A DNA stretch of 64,000 nucleotides from Guillardia theta CCMP2712 (Eukaryota > Protista > Cryptophyta). The stretch lies in contig NW_005434666.1 of the NCBI RefSeq assembly GCF_000315625.1, forward strand, positions 259,781 through 323,780, given 5' to 3'. The notes below the pieces were generated by a model that had not been told where the DNA came from, ran no database searches, and was given only the letters and a program-made list of their open reading frames with translations. Positions 17,777-31,989 of this stretch are shown piece by piece. The position numbers were made by a program, and so were the translations under genes. How positions within the stretch are numbered: the stretch's first letter is position 1; the number at the start of each line of letters is the position of its first letter.

Positions 17777-20700
17777 ATGACCCTTTCAAACCAGGAGAAG
17801 GAGAAGAAGAAAGTCGAGAACAAATGCAGGCATGATCCGTCACAATGGCGCTCGTCGAACCAGCTGACTCCAACAATCTGCACGGTGATGCTGGGAAGGA
17901 GAACAGAAAACGAAGTAAGCCAGGCGATCGAACACTTCAGTCAAGTGGGCCAATGCCAATGTGGCAAGAGGGTGATTCTATGCAAGTACTGCCCCTTGTC
18001 GGGCGACAAGTTGGCCGAGAAGCTTCCAAAGAATTGTGGACAAAGAACTCCCAATCCTATCATTTTCGACAACAGAGCTACTAAGAATGCGGTTGACTCC
18101 CATTCAAATGGAGCTTATCACAGGTATTGGAAATCTCTACATGACAGGATGGTTTCTGGACGAGGGCTGGACATTGCTGAGGCCATTGATGACTTTCCTG
18201 ACTACTCGTTTGGGTCACCATCAGTGCTTGACTCAGAGACATCGTTTTCCACACCTAACAGTGAACTGTTCCTGAGTAAGTCGAATGGACAACAGATGTT
18301 CAGCCAATCGCCGATTGAAGGGATCATGAACGATGATCTTTCATCGAAATGTGATCAGGTCGGCTCGACGGGATCAAGCCTTTCTAATGTGAGCCAGTCC
18401 ATGGATGGGAGCGTGATTGAGAGCAAGAACCCTACCCCAAACTCAGAAGCGGGGATGAGTGAAGATGCATGGTTCGAGATGCAAGCAAGGTGTCTCAGAG
18501 AAAGAAACATGCAAACAGTTGCAGACAACTCTTGGAAACCGTTTCCGACTGAAGTTTTGAATGAGAGAGCAAGACCATCGTTCTCCAACACTGCAAATGG
18601 ACATTCTTCAGATCCCACTAAGATTTTGCCGGCGATTAACCTCGAAACTGATTACATGTCATTTGTCAAATTTCACGGACTTACAAATGGCTGGCCAGAT
18701 TTTGTGTTTCAAGAAGACTTCATCAAGCCATCCTTAAACGAAGTGGTGGCGTACGCCAAGAAACACAAACACCTTCCAGGCGTGATACCAGAGAAAAATG
18801 TCAACGAGGGTGATTTTTCTTGTCAAAGGGAGATCGCAAGCGTGCTTCAGTATGTAGAAATGCTGGTCCTGTGGGCGAAAGAGCTGAGTGACTGTAATAA
18901 GCTGTTGGAAGAGCAGGTTGGTGAATTTAAGAAAGCTCATTCGACTGGTGATGAAAGAGAACTGATGATGAAAATCTCAAAGTTACTCAGCAACATTGTG
19001 ACCAAGAGGTGCATTCAGCAACTTCAACTTTCTAGGCCGCAGGGAGCTGAACTTCTTCAGTGGATGAGAGAGAATGGTTTGATTTGCTTCGCTCGCGTGT
19101 TTGCTAAGAACGGCTTACATTCCTTGGAGCACGTTGCGAACCTAGACCAACAAGATTGTGAGAACTTAACAGTGTCGTTGGAGAACCTGGGTTCTGTTGG
19201 AAAGCGTATTGAATTGCAAATAGCCGTCCAGAATCTGCAAGGGGATATAAGAGCGAAAGACATGAACTACAGACTGCAGCGATTCTCCGACTGTCAAATA
19301 CCCTTTTGGTCGGCCTGGTCTAGCGCAGGTGCGGTCGAGGTCCTTTTAACGAAGAGCTACGTGCAACTGCTGAGCTTCGTTCTCGGCATGTCGCTGATTG
19401 TGAGCACCCTCTACTCCCTTGCTTCGGTGTGCATGCCTGACTCCTTGGGAATCGCCCGGTCGACAGCGCCTCCGACTCTAGTAAGGCTGACCAGGTGGCC
19501 GCTCAATCTGTTTGAAGGGTTGCTGTGGCTCAAGACTGTATATGACGCGAGGATGAAGTGCCCCATGGCAGCTTGTGGGGTTGCGACTTTCAACCTCAGG
19601 CTGATGACAATCAACTTATACATCCAAGTGCTGCTGGAAGTCAAGAACAGCCTCAGCGGCGACTCCTCGCAGTCATGCCCTGGGAGCATCTGGCAGGGAG
19701 TTCTGCTGCAGGATACTCTGGCCCTCCCAGTCATGACTCTGATATCCTACGGTTGTTCGAATCGTCAAAGACAGCTCTTGTCGTTCTTGTGGATCATTGG
19801 ATGTTACCTACTGTTGGTCGCCGTGCCCATCTACTGGAATCAGCACATGTTCAAGGCCCTGGTGGGTGCGGTCCTTGGGGCTGGTCTTGTGATCTTGTAT
19901 CTAGCTTGTAAATGTATCGGATGGGTTGTGCTGAAGAATCAGCTGTGGAAGGAAGAGCAGGACGCGAAAGAGTACAGACGGGAATGGGAGTCGCAACTAC
20001 AGCAGGAGGGAAACAATGAGTTGATAGCAAGACTCAAATCTGATGTGGACAGGATCGATAAAGTGATCAAGGAGCAGTTTCAACGCTGCTTTGCTGCCGC
20101 TTCCAAGACAGGGAATTGGCGCCTTCGAAGTTTGTTCGCAGAGCCGGTGGGAAGGTTTTCCTGCGTGGGCAAAGTCCGTCAATGCACCAACGACTTTGGC
20201 CACCTCTTCTCAGAGGCCTCGAGCATTAACGACCACTTCCACGAGTTCATGTCGGAGCTGCTGCAGAACAAGTTCTGTGGAGGCGTCAACTTCAACAAGG
20301 CAGCCATGGCGGGCGATGACCAGGTCAGGGAGAAGCTCTCCTTCTTGCAATCAGCTTCGATGCTGGGCGAGGTGAAGGTAGACCTTTGCGACAAGCTCAT
20401 CTTTGTCCGAGGGCCCATCAAACAGCCCGAGCGAGCGATCCAGAAGTGCGTGAGGGCGTATGGGAGAGACCCGGCCTGCTTGACCGACCTTGTACGTGCA
20501 AGTGTTGTCGTGGAGACCCTCGAGCAAGTTGGAGAAGTGATGCGCTTCCTTGAGAGGAGCTCCGTCGTGGGAGCAGACAGCTACGTGAAGGAGGCATGCC
20601 AGGGGGATGCTGATTCAGAGGGCGCTGAGGAAACAGTCTACTTCCGGATGACGCGCGTGAAGAACACTTTCGATGATACGAGGGAGGACACCAGCGCCGG

Positions 20701-21015
20701 CCTCACTCTCAAGACTCTCTCGATCAACCTGGAGGTCGGTTGGATCTTTGAGAATGACAAGTGCAAAATTCTGCCTGTGGATGATTGGGTTCTCAAGACA
20801 GCAGAAACTCACATCTGTGAGCTACAGGTATGGCAAGATGTAACGCGTTGCTCTCGATGTTGTAGTAGTTGTTTTTGTCAGTGTTGCCAACGCATCCCTT
20901 GTGCGGAGGGGTTCTTTTCTAACGCCATTGGCAGATCCATCTTCTTCCTCTCTTCCAGAAGCATCACGAGATGATGAAACATTTCGTTCAGAATCGTAAC
21001 GTCTTAGCTCGATGA
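17777..21015 (+). CDS. Multidomain membrane protein: Cys/His Zn-finger-like N-terminus, Bacteroidetes tail-fibre/peptidase-S74-like domain plus coiled coil, SAM domain, multi-TM region, RelA/SpoT-like nucleotidyltransferase
   Basis: GWPDFVFQEDF..PSLNEV....KHKHLPGV; LLQWMRENGL..FARVFAKNGL (SAM); hydrophobic helices; GPIKQPERAIQK..TDLVRASVV..RVKNTF..ICELQ|IH. Intron 20828-20934. Confidence 0.8.
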
Positions 21016-21122
21016 CGCGCCTGGATCCGCCTTTGTACATGCGTTTGTGCAGTAGTTAACCCTGATAAAGTGTTTGTTTCTCTCATATTACAGTGTCGTC
21101 AAGACAAGGTCAACACAGGAGG

Positions 21123-22455
21123 TTAGACATCCCCCCAGCACTGCCGCTCGCGGCTGATCTTCTGCTCCATCGCCATCCCTGTCACCTTCTGTCAGAGAGC
21201 AAGCGCGGCCGATGCGAGGAGGACGACGAGGAGGAAAACTCACTCAAAAATGCGCTGACGATGTGTGCCTCGGAGCAAGCGGCTTCCATGGCAGCCAAGT
21301 AACTCTTCTCCTGCACGAACCCTATCGAGGAAACGAGATGAGAAGCAGGAGGAGAACTGGGCCAGAGAAGAGTGGGGGGGGGGGAGCGGTGGAGCTTGGG
21401 GGGGGGGGGTCAACGAAATCAGGAGGCAGGCAGGCAGGAAGGCAGGCAGGACAGAACGAGACCTGACGGTATAGAGCTGACAATCTCCTCGTTCGGAATC
21501 CTCACGACGAACGTGCAAGTCCCTACAGCCTTGGTCTCTTGCTCCCTGCCAGGCCTCCATGGTGAGAGATCGGAGGCGAGCAGAGGGCAACCGTCACCTG
21601 CTGGGATCGGAGACGATTGTTCCATCTTCCATCACAGCACAGCAGACAGCAGCGGCTGCATCACTTCAGCCCCTAACTCAAGTGACAGGACAACAGCTTC
21701 ACCTGCAAACCGTAGAGGGACCCCAGCATCGATGAGAGCGGCGATCTGCCGACTTGCTCAACAACCTCACGTGGGGAAGGGAGCTCCATTTGCTCACCGC
21801 TGCGTTGATACTCGCCGCCATGCTGCTTCCGTCGTCGGAGAGAGGCTGCGGGCCAGTCACGCGAGGTCTCTTGGTCCTCTGCTCGAGTGAGACTACCTGG
21901 ATGGTGACATCGATCACGCACATCGGGTTGTATGAGCGCATGATAAGAGCCTGTCACATGTCAATTTCAACCAGCCAAGACTTTTCTCAACAAGCTGGGC
22001 TCTTCTTCACCTCTAGAGTTTGACGTACAACTTCCTCTGTATCTCTCCGCCATCCTCCTCCACCTTGCGCGCTCACATGTACCACCACCCGGCTCTCGTC
22101 GCTGTCCCTGCTCGACGCTTTTGCCTCTCGGGGCCCCACGATCCCTGCTATGCTGGTTGTTCTATGGAGGAATCATCAACGAAGAACATGAGGCAAGGGG
22201 AATGATGCGTGCAAGGAGATCTGAAAGAGCCTTTGGTTCGTTATGAGCTCTTGTGCACACGTTTCATATCAACAAGAGAAAAAGAAGAAAAGTTCATACA
22301 AGACATTCATGATTGTCATCAGTATCATCATCATCATCATCACTATCATCATCACCATCACAATCGTCATCATCATCGCCTTACCCTCCATGGCTCAATC
22401 GCGCAGCTCCATCGCATCCTCCCAACCCTCCTGCCTCGCACGCCATTCCTCGCAT
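21123..22455 (-). CDS. RRP46: Exosome complex RNase PH-like subunit Rrp46 (EXOSC5)
   Basis: MRGMACEAGGLGGCDGAARLSHG, VWGPRE, IDVTIQ|PLSDDGSSMAASINAA|IAALIDAGVPL, DP..EQE. Confidence 0.8.
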
Positions 22456-22459
22456 CCTC

Positions 22460-22620
22460 ACGTGCCCCCACCCCCCTCCAAGACTACCCCCTAATGCGGG
22501 TTGGGGTGCCATTTAGCATCATTACACCCTACCCGTACCATACAAATATTACCCCCATCTTTCATAACTTTTTGCCATTCATACTACCCCTGATCTATAA
22601 CCCCTACCCCATACTTCAAT
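22460..22620. promoter_or_regulatory. Divergent promoter, TACCC-rich
   Basis: Between the RRP46 and Asn-synthase-like starts; many TACCC words. Confidence 0.45.
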
Positions 22621-22838
22621 TGCTTGATGCGACTTCCTAGAGATGGGAAAGGCAGGGCAGGGGAGGGCAGGGGCTAGAAATAGAGCACGAGAACACTGTG
22701 AATCTTCGAACTATGAGAGTATGAGAAGACGAACTTGTCGATCATGAAAGATACAGAATCAAAGTCTTTCCCGAAACGCTGGGGACATGTTCGTATACCC
22801 CAGATCGTGTGAAGTTCTTGACCCAGGAGTTGCTTGCC

Positions 22839-23776
22839 ATGGACGAAAAATCGCGCGCTTGCAAGGCCCAGCTTGAACAGGTAGGATTGCTCTTTCCCTC
22901 CGCGACCGGCTCAATTTGCTCCCATGTCAGTCGTTGCAATCCCTGGAAGAGGGAGCTAGTCAGGCAGGACAGAAGCGATGCATCATCCTGAGTGGAGGAG
23001 TAGACACCTGCGCCATCGTCATGGCTTGCAGGGACCTTGGGCTCCACCTAGACCTCGCAGTCTCTGTGTCAGTTTCCAACGAGAGTGGAAACTTTGAAGG
23101 AACGGACGAGGAGTTCGTGAAGGAGCTTGCAGCAGCATGCGGTCTAGAGCTACACTACTTGCACACGAGCGCGATGGAGCTGGTGTCCAACATGCTGCCC
23201 TTCTGCGTGAAGACCCTCGAGACCTATGATCCTATGGACCTCCGGAACTCCATGGTGGTTGCTCTTGCCCTCCACAAGGCGAAGGAGCTCGGGTGTACTC
23301 AGGTAGGAGGGAGGAAGAGACGAAGAGACGAGGAACGATGAGAGGGAGGTGGGGGAGAGAGAGGTATATTGAGTTGTGGCATGGCAGGTCATCACCGGGG
23401 ATGGAGCTGACGAGTTGCTGGGGGGATACAGCTTCACGTGGAAGGGTGAGGAGCCGACATGGAGTCAGAAGCGGCAGGAAATGTGCTCTGCCTGGAAGTT
23501 TAGCGCTATGGTGCGACTCTTGGGCCGCTTGGTTGATCTCACGGTTGCACAGAAAATGGCAGTAGCACTTGGAATGAAGTACTTCAGCCCTTACGTTCAG
23601 GTTTGATAGCCAACAGATGTTGTAATCGTGGACTCTGCAATCGGTCAAGCTCATGGATGCCATCACCATCATCATTACCATTATCATTATCATTATCATT
23701 ATCATTATCATTATCATTATCATTATCATTATCATTATCATTATCATTATCATTATCATCGTCGTCGTCGTCGTCG

Positions 23777-23820
<44 letters not shown>

Positions 23821-24698
23821 GTCATCATCATCATCACCACCACCACCACCACCACCACCACCACCACTGCCATCTTCGTTTTCGGTCTTTGATCTGGCAT
23901 TGACGGTATTCCAGCCTTCCTTCAAGGAGTGGGCGCTGAAGGAAACCGACAAGTCAGACTGTATCGGCTCGGCTCGCATCCACATCAAGGTCATGCTCTC
24001 GTTCGCAGACGGTGACGTCATCACACATTGTTTGACAGCTGGGCGATGAGAAGGTCGATCACGTCACTGGGAAACTCCCTCTCCGACGAGCTTACCCCGA
24101 TGCCATCAGCGCTTGGCGCAGGTAGGGAAGGAGATGAGAGGTGATGAGGGTCAAGCCGCTGCCTTCAGGAAGGACCCGATAGAAGTCGGCAGCGGTAGCA
24201 CTTGCTTGTCAAGGAAGGACTTTTGGGGACCACCGCCCGATCCGGAAGTCGTTGACAAGCTGAGAAAGGAGGTACTTGGAAGAAGGAGAGAGGGGCTGAG
24301 GGGGGAAGAGATGGAGAGCCAAGGCAACAGAGATGAAGAGGAGCAAGAGGAATGCATGGAGGAGTAGAACACGGTGGAGGAGGACGAGGAGAACATGAAG
24401 GAGGAGAACATTGAGGAGCTTCTCTTGAGCTGTTCTTGATTCGACTTCTTCTTTCTTGCAGGACCACGTTGTGATCAGAGACGCCGAGCACCTGACCTAC
24501 TACAAGCACTTCGCTCAGACGTTCCCTGATGGTCTGCCGAGTCGCCGTCGGCAGGAGGGGCATTGTTGCAAAGACTGCGGCTACGAGCTTGAGTACAGAA
24601 GGAGGAGGGGGAGGAGAACAAACTGCTGATACGTGTCCAGTCGTCCTACTGCGACTTTCTGCTTGGTTTGCGGCTGCTTTCCAGGCATGAGAACTTAA
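22839..24698 (+). CDS. Asparagine synthase C-terminal (PP-loop ATP pyrophosphatase) domain protein lacking the glutaminase domain, with C-terminal Zn ribbon
   Basis: ILSGGVDT, TGDGADELLGGY, GKLPLRRAY, WR|RKDPIEVGSG, CKDCG...FCLVCG. Confidence 0.8.
23660..23872. repeat. Compound intronic microsatellite (ATCATT)n-(GTC)n-(ATC)n-(ACC)n
   Basis: Seen directly. Confidence 0.95.
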
Positions 24699-24949
24699 GT
24701 CTACAGAGAGATTGTTGACTTGTATTCAGCGCAAGATTTGGCGTAAGGGGACCTGTAAATCAAAGTACTCCGTCGTGCACGGAGAAGTTGACATTGGTTC
24801 ATATTTATTTCAGGCAAAATGTAGCTATGTTATAGAAATTACGAATAGGAAAAAAATACTGGTAGGGGAGGAGAGAAATACAAGCAAGGGGGGATCTCAG
24901 TTGAGAGAGATCTCAGTTGAGATATTCCTCACGTGCGCTGCTGTAAACC

Positions 24950-26688
24950 TCATGCGCTCGAAGACGTCTGTGTGTCCCTCCAATAGGCCATGGCCGGCAC
25001 GTATCGGGTCAACAGCGGCCGTTTCTCGTCCTCCTCCCTCAGCAGACGAACGTCGCTGGTGTAGAGGAGGAGAGGCATCCCCAGAGTCTCTCTTGTGTGC
25101 AGGACCGAAGCGAGCATGGCGCTCAGGGCGACCAGAGAAAAGATGTAGTAGACCGCGTTGACTCCTGCGTGAATGGCGGAGGTTGCTATGAGGGGAGACA
25201 GCATGGCAGCGATACGCCCGAAGCTGTTGCTGAAGGCGATGCTGGAAGCCCTCAGAGTGGAGGGGAAAAGCTCACCGGAGTAGATGTAGATGACGGTGAA
25301 GGGACCCGCGACCATGGCACGTGCGACGGCGTTGAGAGCCATGAAGTAGTGGATCTGAGTGGTCTCCACGCTTGCGAAGAGGCAGCAGACAGAGACGAGG
25401 AAGAAGCCAGTGATCATCGCTCCTCGCCTCCCAATGTACGATGAGTCCATGTAGAAGATGTTGGCGAAGATGACCAGGCACTCCACCCCGCTGTTGATCA
25501 TGACGGCCTCGTAGGCTTCCTTGAGCTCCAGGTTAAAGAGTTGCTCGAGCATGACGGGATAGATGAAGATGTGACCATAGTAGATGAAGCCGCAGGAGGT
25601 GAAGGCAATGGTGAGATACAGGGTAGAGCCCAACAAGTCGCTGCCAAACATCTCCAGGAACCTCCAAGTGTTATCGTTGTCCTCGCTGATCGCGGGGTCG
25701 TGTGAGTGGCAGACCTCTCCACCCGCCTGCATCTCTGTCCCATTGACCTCGTTGAGAGTCGTCAACAGCGCCTTGATCTCCTCCTTGCGATCGTGGACGA
25801 AGAGGTAATGGGGTGACTCTGGGATGAACAAGAACATGAGCGGGAGGGAGATGAGACCCGGGACGATGCAGATGAAGAGCATATACCTCCACCATAGCTG
25901 GTCACCGGGCATGCTCTCATGGACTACGATTCCAACGACGCAAGCAAAGAAGGTCCCGAACGCAAACGCAACCCCGATCAGAGTCATGGCGAACCGAGCC
26001 CTCCACCGCGTCGGCGACCACTCGAGCAGCAGCGCGTCTGCCACGGGGATCATGGAGCCCACTCCCACCCCCGTGAAGAATCTCGCGACAGAGAAGGAGA
26101 TGATATCGGTGGCAACAGCGGAGAGGGAGCCGAAGATGCAGAAGAGGACGGCCATCCCCAACAGTGTGTTCCTCCTTCCGAAAATATCTGCGAGGATCCC
26201 TCCGCAGAGGTTCCCCGTGAGCAAACCGGCAAAGATGGCTGACAAGATATGTCAGGAGCCTCCCATTGATAGCACATGACAAAGACTCACTGCTTCCGAT
26301 GGCGGCAAAGGTCATCTCGCCCAGCCCCCACTCCTCAGAAAGCGGCTTCCTCAGCATGGAAATCACTGTCATCTCCATTCCATCCGCCATGACCAGGAGA
26401 GCGAGGATGAAGAACAATCGGAACTGATACCACCCCACCCCTGCATGATCTATATGCTCGTCCACGGTCGGAGCATCCTTTATGCCCGTCATCTGCATCA
26501 AATGCACGTTCAGTCCCCGAACCAAACGTCTGGCCCTCCTCCCTCTCAAAGCTTTCTTGGTTCCTCGACTGTCTATCTGGATTTTCACTTCTGATCCTTA
26601 CTCTTGTGCCGCATACTTCAGGTCTTTCTACAACCACTCTCCTTTCTCCCACTCTCGACGGATCAGTCCCAAACAACAATACTTCCAT
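24950..26688 (-). CDS. MFS transporter, SV2/SVOP-like
   Basis: GVGWYQFRLF..LALLVMADGMEM, GILADIFGRR, ARFFTGVGVG, PESP, IGRR, YSGELFPSTLRAS, ETLG. Confidence 0.9.
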
Positions 26689-26839
26689 TCCATCTGAGAT
26701 CAAACCACATTCAGGTTCTAACCATCGAAATTCTATCCTTGTTCGCTCATATCTGCCTTCGTTCCTTCTCCCTCTCTTCTGAATCCGTCGCTCTCGAGCC
26801 ACTGCCTACAACATGTTCCCTGTGTATGATGCCTGTTCG

Positions 26840-27110
26840 CCAACAACCCCACCCCCCACCCATTATTTTACCCGTCGGATCCACCCTCCAATGAATGGAC
26901 CCACCTCCAGATCGCTTCTACCCACACCAGGTCATCCCTTAGATGGACCACCCCAGCAAATTCCATATCAATCATTTTCACCCCCTGAGTTTTAGATAAA
27001 AATACCCCTGTTTATCGACTAGTGATACCACCCACCAGGGATCAAATTCCAAGTCTAATATCCCCCGTACCCCTTTTGGGCCCTCACCCACCCCCACCTC
27101 TTCTCCTCCA
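26840..27110. promoter_or_regulatory. ACCC/TACCC-rich region upstream of the MFS gene
   Basis: Motif cluster at a gene 5' end. Confidence 0.4.
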
Positions 27111-27489
27111 TCTGTCTAACCTTGAACTGCACCTGTTTGGGCTGTCCGTTATTCATCTTATGGTACGTTACTCTGCTGCAGGATGATGGAGTTCTATTCT
27201 TGTTGGTGACCCGGCGTACCGTCACTGAGCCGGGCGGGCTTGATTTAGGGCTCGGCCCGAGTCCGGGTCACCGCCGGAGTCCGGGGAGTCCGGTGATCGG
27301 ACCGGCCGCTCCGGGGCGGCCCCCGCGGGCACCGCCGGTACCGCGTCACCAGGAGAGACTGGACTGTATACTGTACGTGAAGGTATCACGGTTAAGTTTG
27401 GGGGACAGCAGTCTGCGGCTGTCTTTTCTCTTCAAGGCTTCTCGCTGTTTGGCCAGTGCGACATTGTCAGGGTCAAGCCTCCTCGACTA

Positions 27490-27539
27490 CTCTCCTGATT
27501 GTCCTCGCACTGATCTTTAACTTAACTTTGAGTAAAGAG
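27490..27539. repeat. Dispersed repeat terminus, copy 2 (matches 1167-1219), within GC-rich island 27200-27780
   Basis: tttaacttaactttgagtaaagag is identical to copy 1. Confidence 0.8.
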
Positions 27540-28186
27540 GGTACTAGCGGTGCCCCAGTGGTGACCGGGCCCTCAGCGGACCGTCGGACCGTCAGAATTG
27601 AGGCCCTTACTAAGTCCCCTAGCGGCGGCGGCGGCGAAGCCCGCCTGGCGCGGCCGTGGCCTGCCGCCGCCCGGCCGCCCGGGCCGCCGATCAGGCCCGG
27701 GTGACCGTCACTGGCCGGGCAGTACCGTGGCTGGACGGTCCGAACACCCGGTCGGCTTGCCGGGCAGTCCACAAACAACTTTGACTCAGTCAAAGTCTGA
27801 ACTTTGAAACAAGGGTAGGTAGCACTACCCACCCCTGACGTCCCGGAGTCACCAGCCATGAACCCTCCTTCCTTCTCACTCCCCCCATACCTATGTATGC
27901 CTGTAGAAAGATCGCATCTCACTGGTCTCAAACCTGCCCTCCCTCCTTCCCACCCTCTATCAGCTCCCTACCCCGGGTCTTTCCCTACCCCTCTACCCGT
28001 ACTAGTTCCCTCACCCTACCCCGCAGCACCTCCCAGTTCTTACCAAAATCCCCGATCCCCCACGAATCTGCTTCCCGCGCGAGGCTCAGCTACCTTGCAG
28101 CGTCGTCCCTGCAGACCTCCTGTAGGCACTCGTACTTGCGTTTCATCGGAATCGTAGACAAGGCTTCGAGGCGCTGTGGAGTAGAC

Positions 28187-30798
<2,612 letters not shown>

Positions 30799-30807
30799 CC
30801 GCGCGGT

Positions 30808-30900
<93 letters not shown>
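30808..30900. repeat. (AGGAGC)n microsatellite just after the RBR stop
   Basis: Seen directly. Confidence 0.95.
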
Positions 30901-30903
<3 letters not shown>

Positions 30904-31989
30904 AGAGTCAAGACTTTCGATTATACTGTCGCTGACGTCCATTGCTGTCCCGTACCGCTCAGCAATACTAGTTCAAGCTGGCCCCCTCCGCCGGCCCCGC
31001 CAGGCTAACTTGCCGCAGTGCCTTGCCGCAGTCACTGAGCCACTAGTGGTGCCGCCGATCGGACCACGGTCCTATTGTATTTTATTTGCGTGCAGCGCCG
31101 GTTCACACAGCAAGTATTCCGTACAATGGCGCAGTCCTGTAAGGTGAAGTGATCCCTTTTTGGCGCTATGACAGGGGATGGGAATGTGTATGGTCAATAG
31201 GAGAAGAGAGAATGGTGATAATTAAAGAATGCCCATTCATTCCAGATTGAGAAAAATGTTCTTGAGTGTGTTCAACACAACTGCACTGTTGTTGTCACGA
31301 CGTGAAGATTCATCTTTGTCCTCGCGATGCACACGTGTGCTAGATCACCATGTAGAACATAGATATCCGTCTCATTGTTGTTCTTGCTACTGGGGCTTGT
31401 TACAGGATGTGCCGATTTCTTTGCCAGCCACCTTATTGACTTATTTCCCATCGGGCAGGCAAAGTAGTAACTGACAGTCGTCATGGAGGTATTTGAACCC
31501 TCTTTTAATGAGAGTCCGAGTCACATCAAACTTGCAGCTTTCTATCAGCTTTTGGGCCAGATGTCTGATCTGTATCTTGCTCATGCCAACCGAGATTGCA
31601 AGCTTCGCTGTCACCAAAAGCGTGTTGCACCCCATGAGGAGTAGAGAGTGTTTGTTCAAAGGGACGTTTGCTTCGAGAAAGATTACGAGCGGAATCAAGG
31701 TAGGGGTTGAAGGGCTTGTCTATGTCATGCAGATTTCAATGAAGTATTGAATGTTCTTGCAGTCGTTAAGGTGCCAGGACGAACTGGAATATATTCCAAT
31801 TGAAGTGTTTGGAGACGTAATTTTTGTTGCGATTTGCTGCTGCTCTTCAAGTGCAAATGTTTTCGATCATGATATCTCCTACAGAGAAGCGACTCTCTCG
31901 TGAAGACAGTCGCTTCGTGGTGGAAACATCATGAGATGCACAGGAGCAAGGTGGTTTTGATTGCAAACAATGGCCAAGTAGCTCAATAT

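Noticed and set aside
20828-20974. Cys-rich C-terminus (CSRCCSSCFCQCC) of the 1070-aa ORF
   Set aside because: Read-through into intron 20828-20934; the spliced end is IHLLPLF...RNVLAR*
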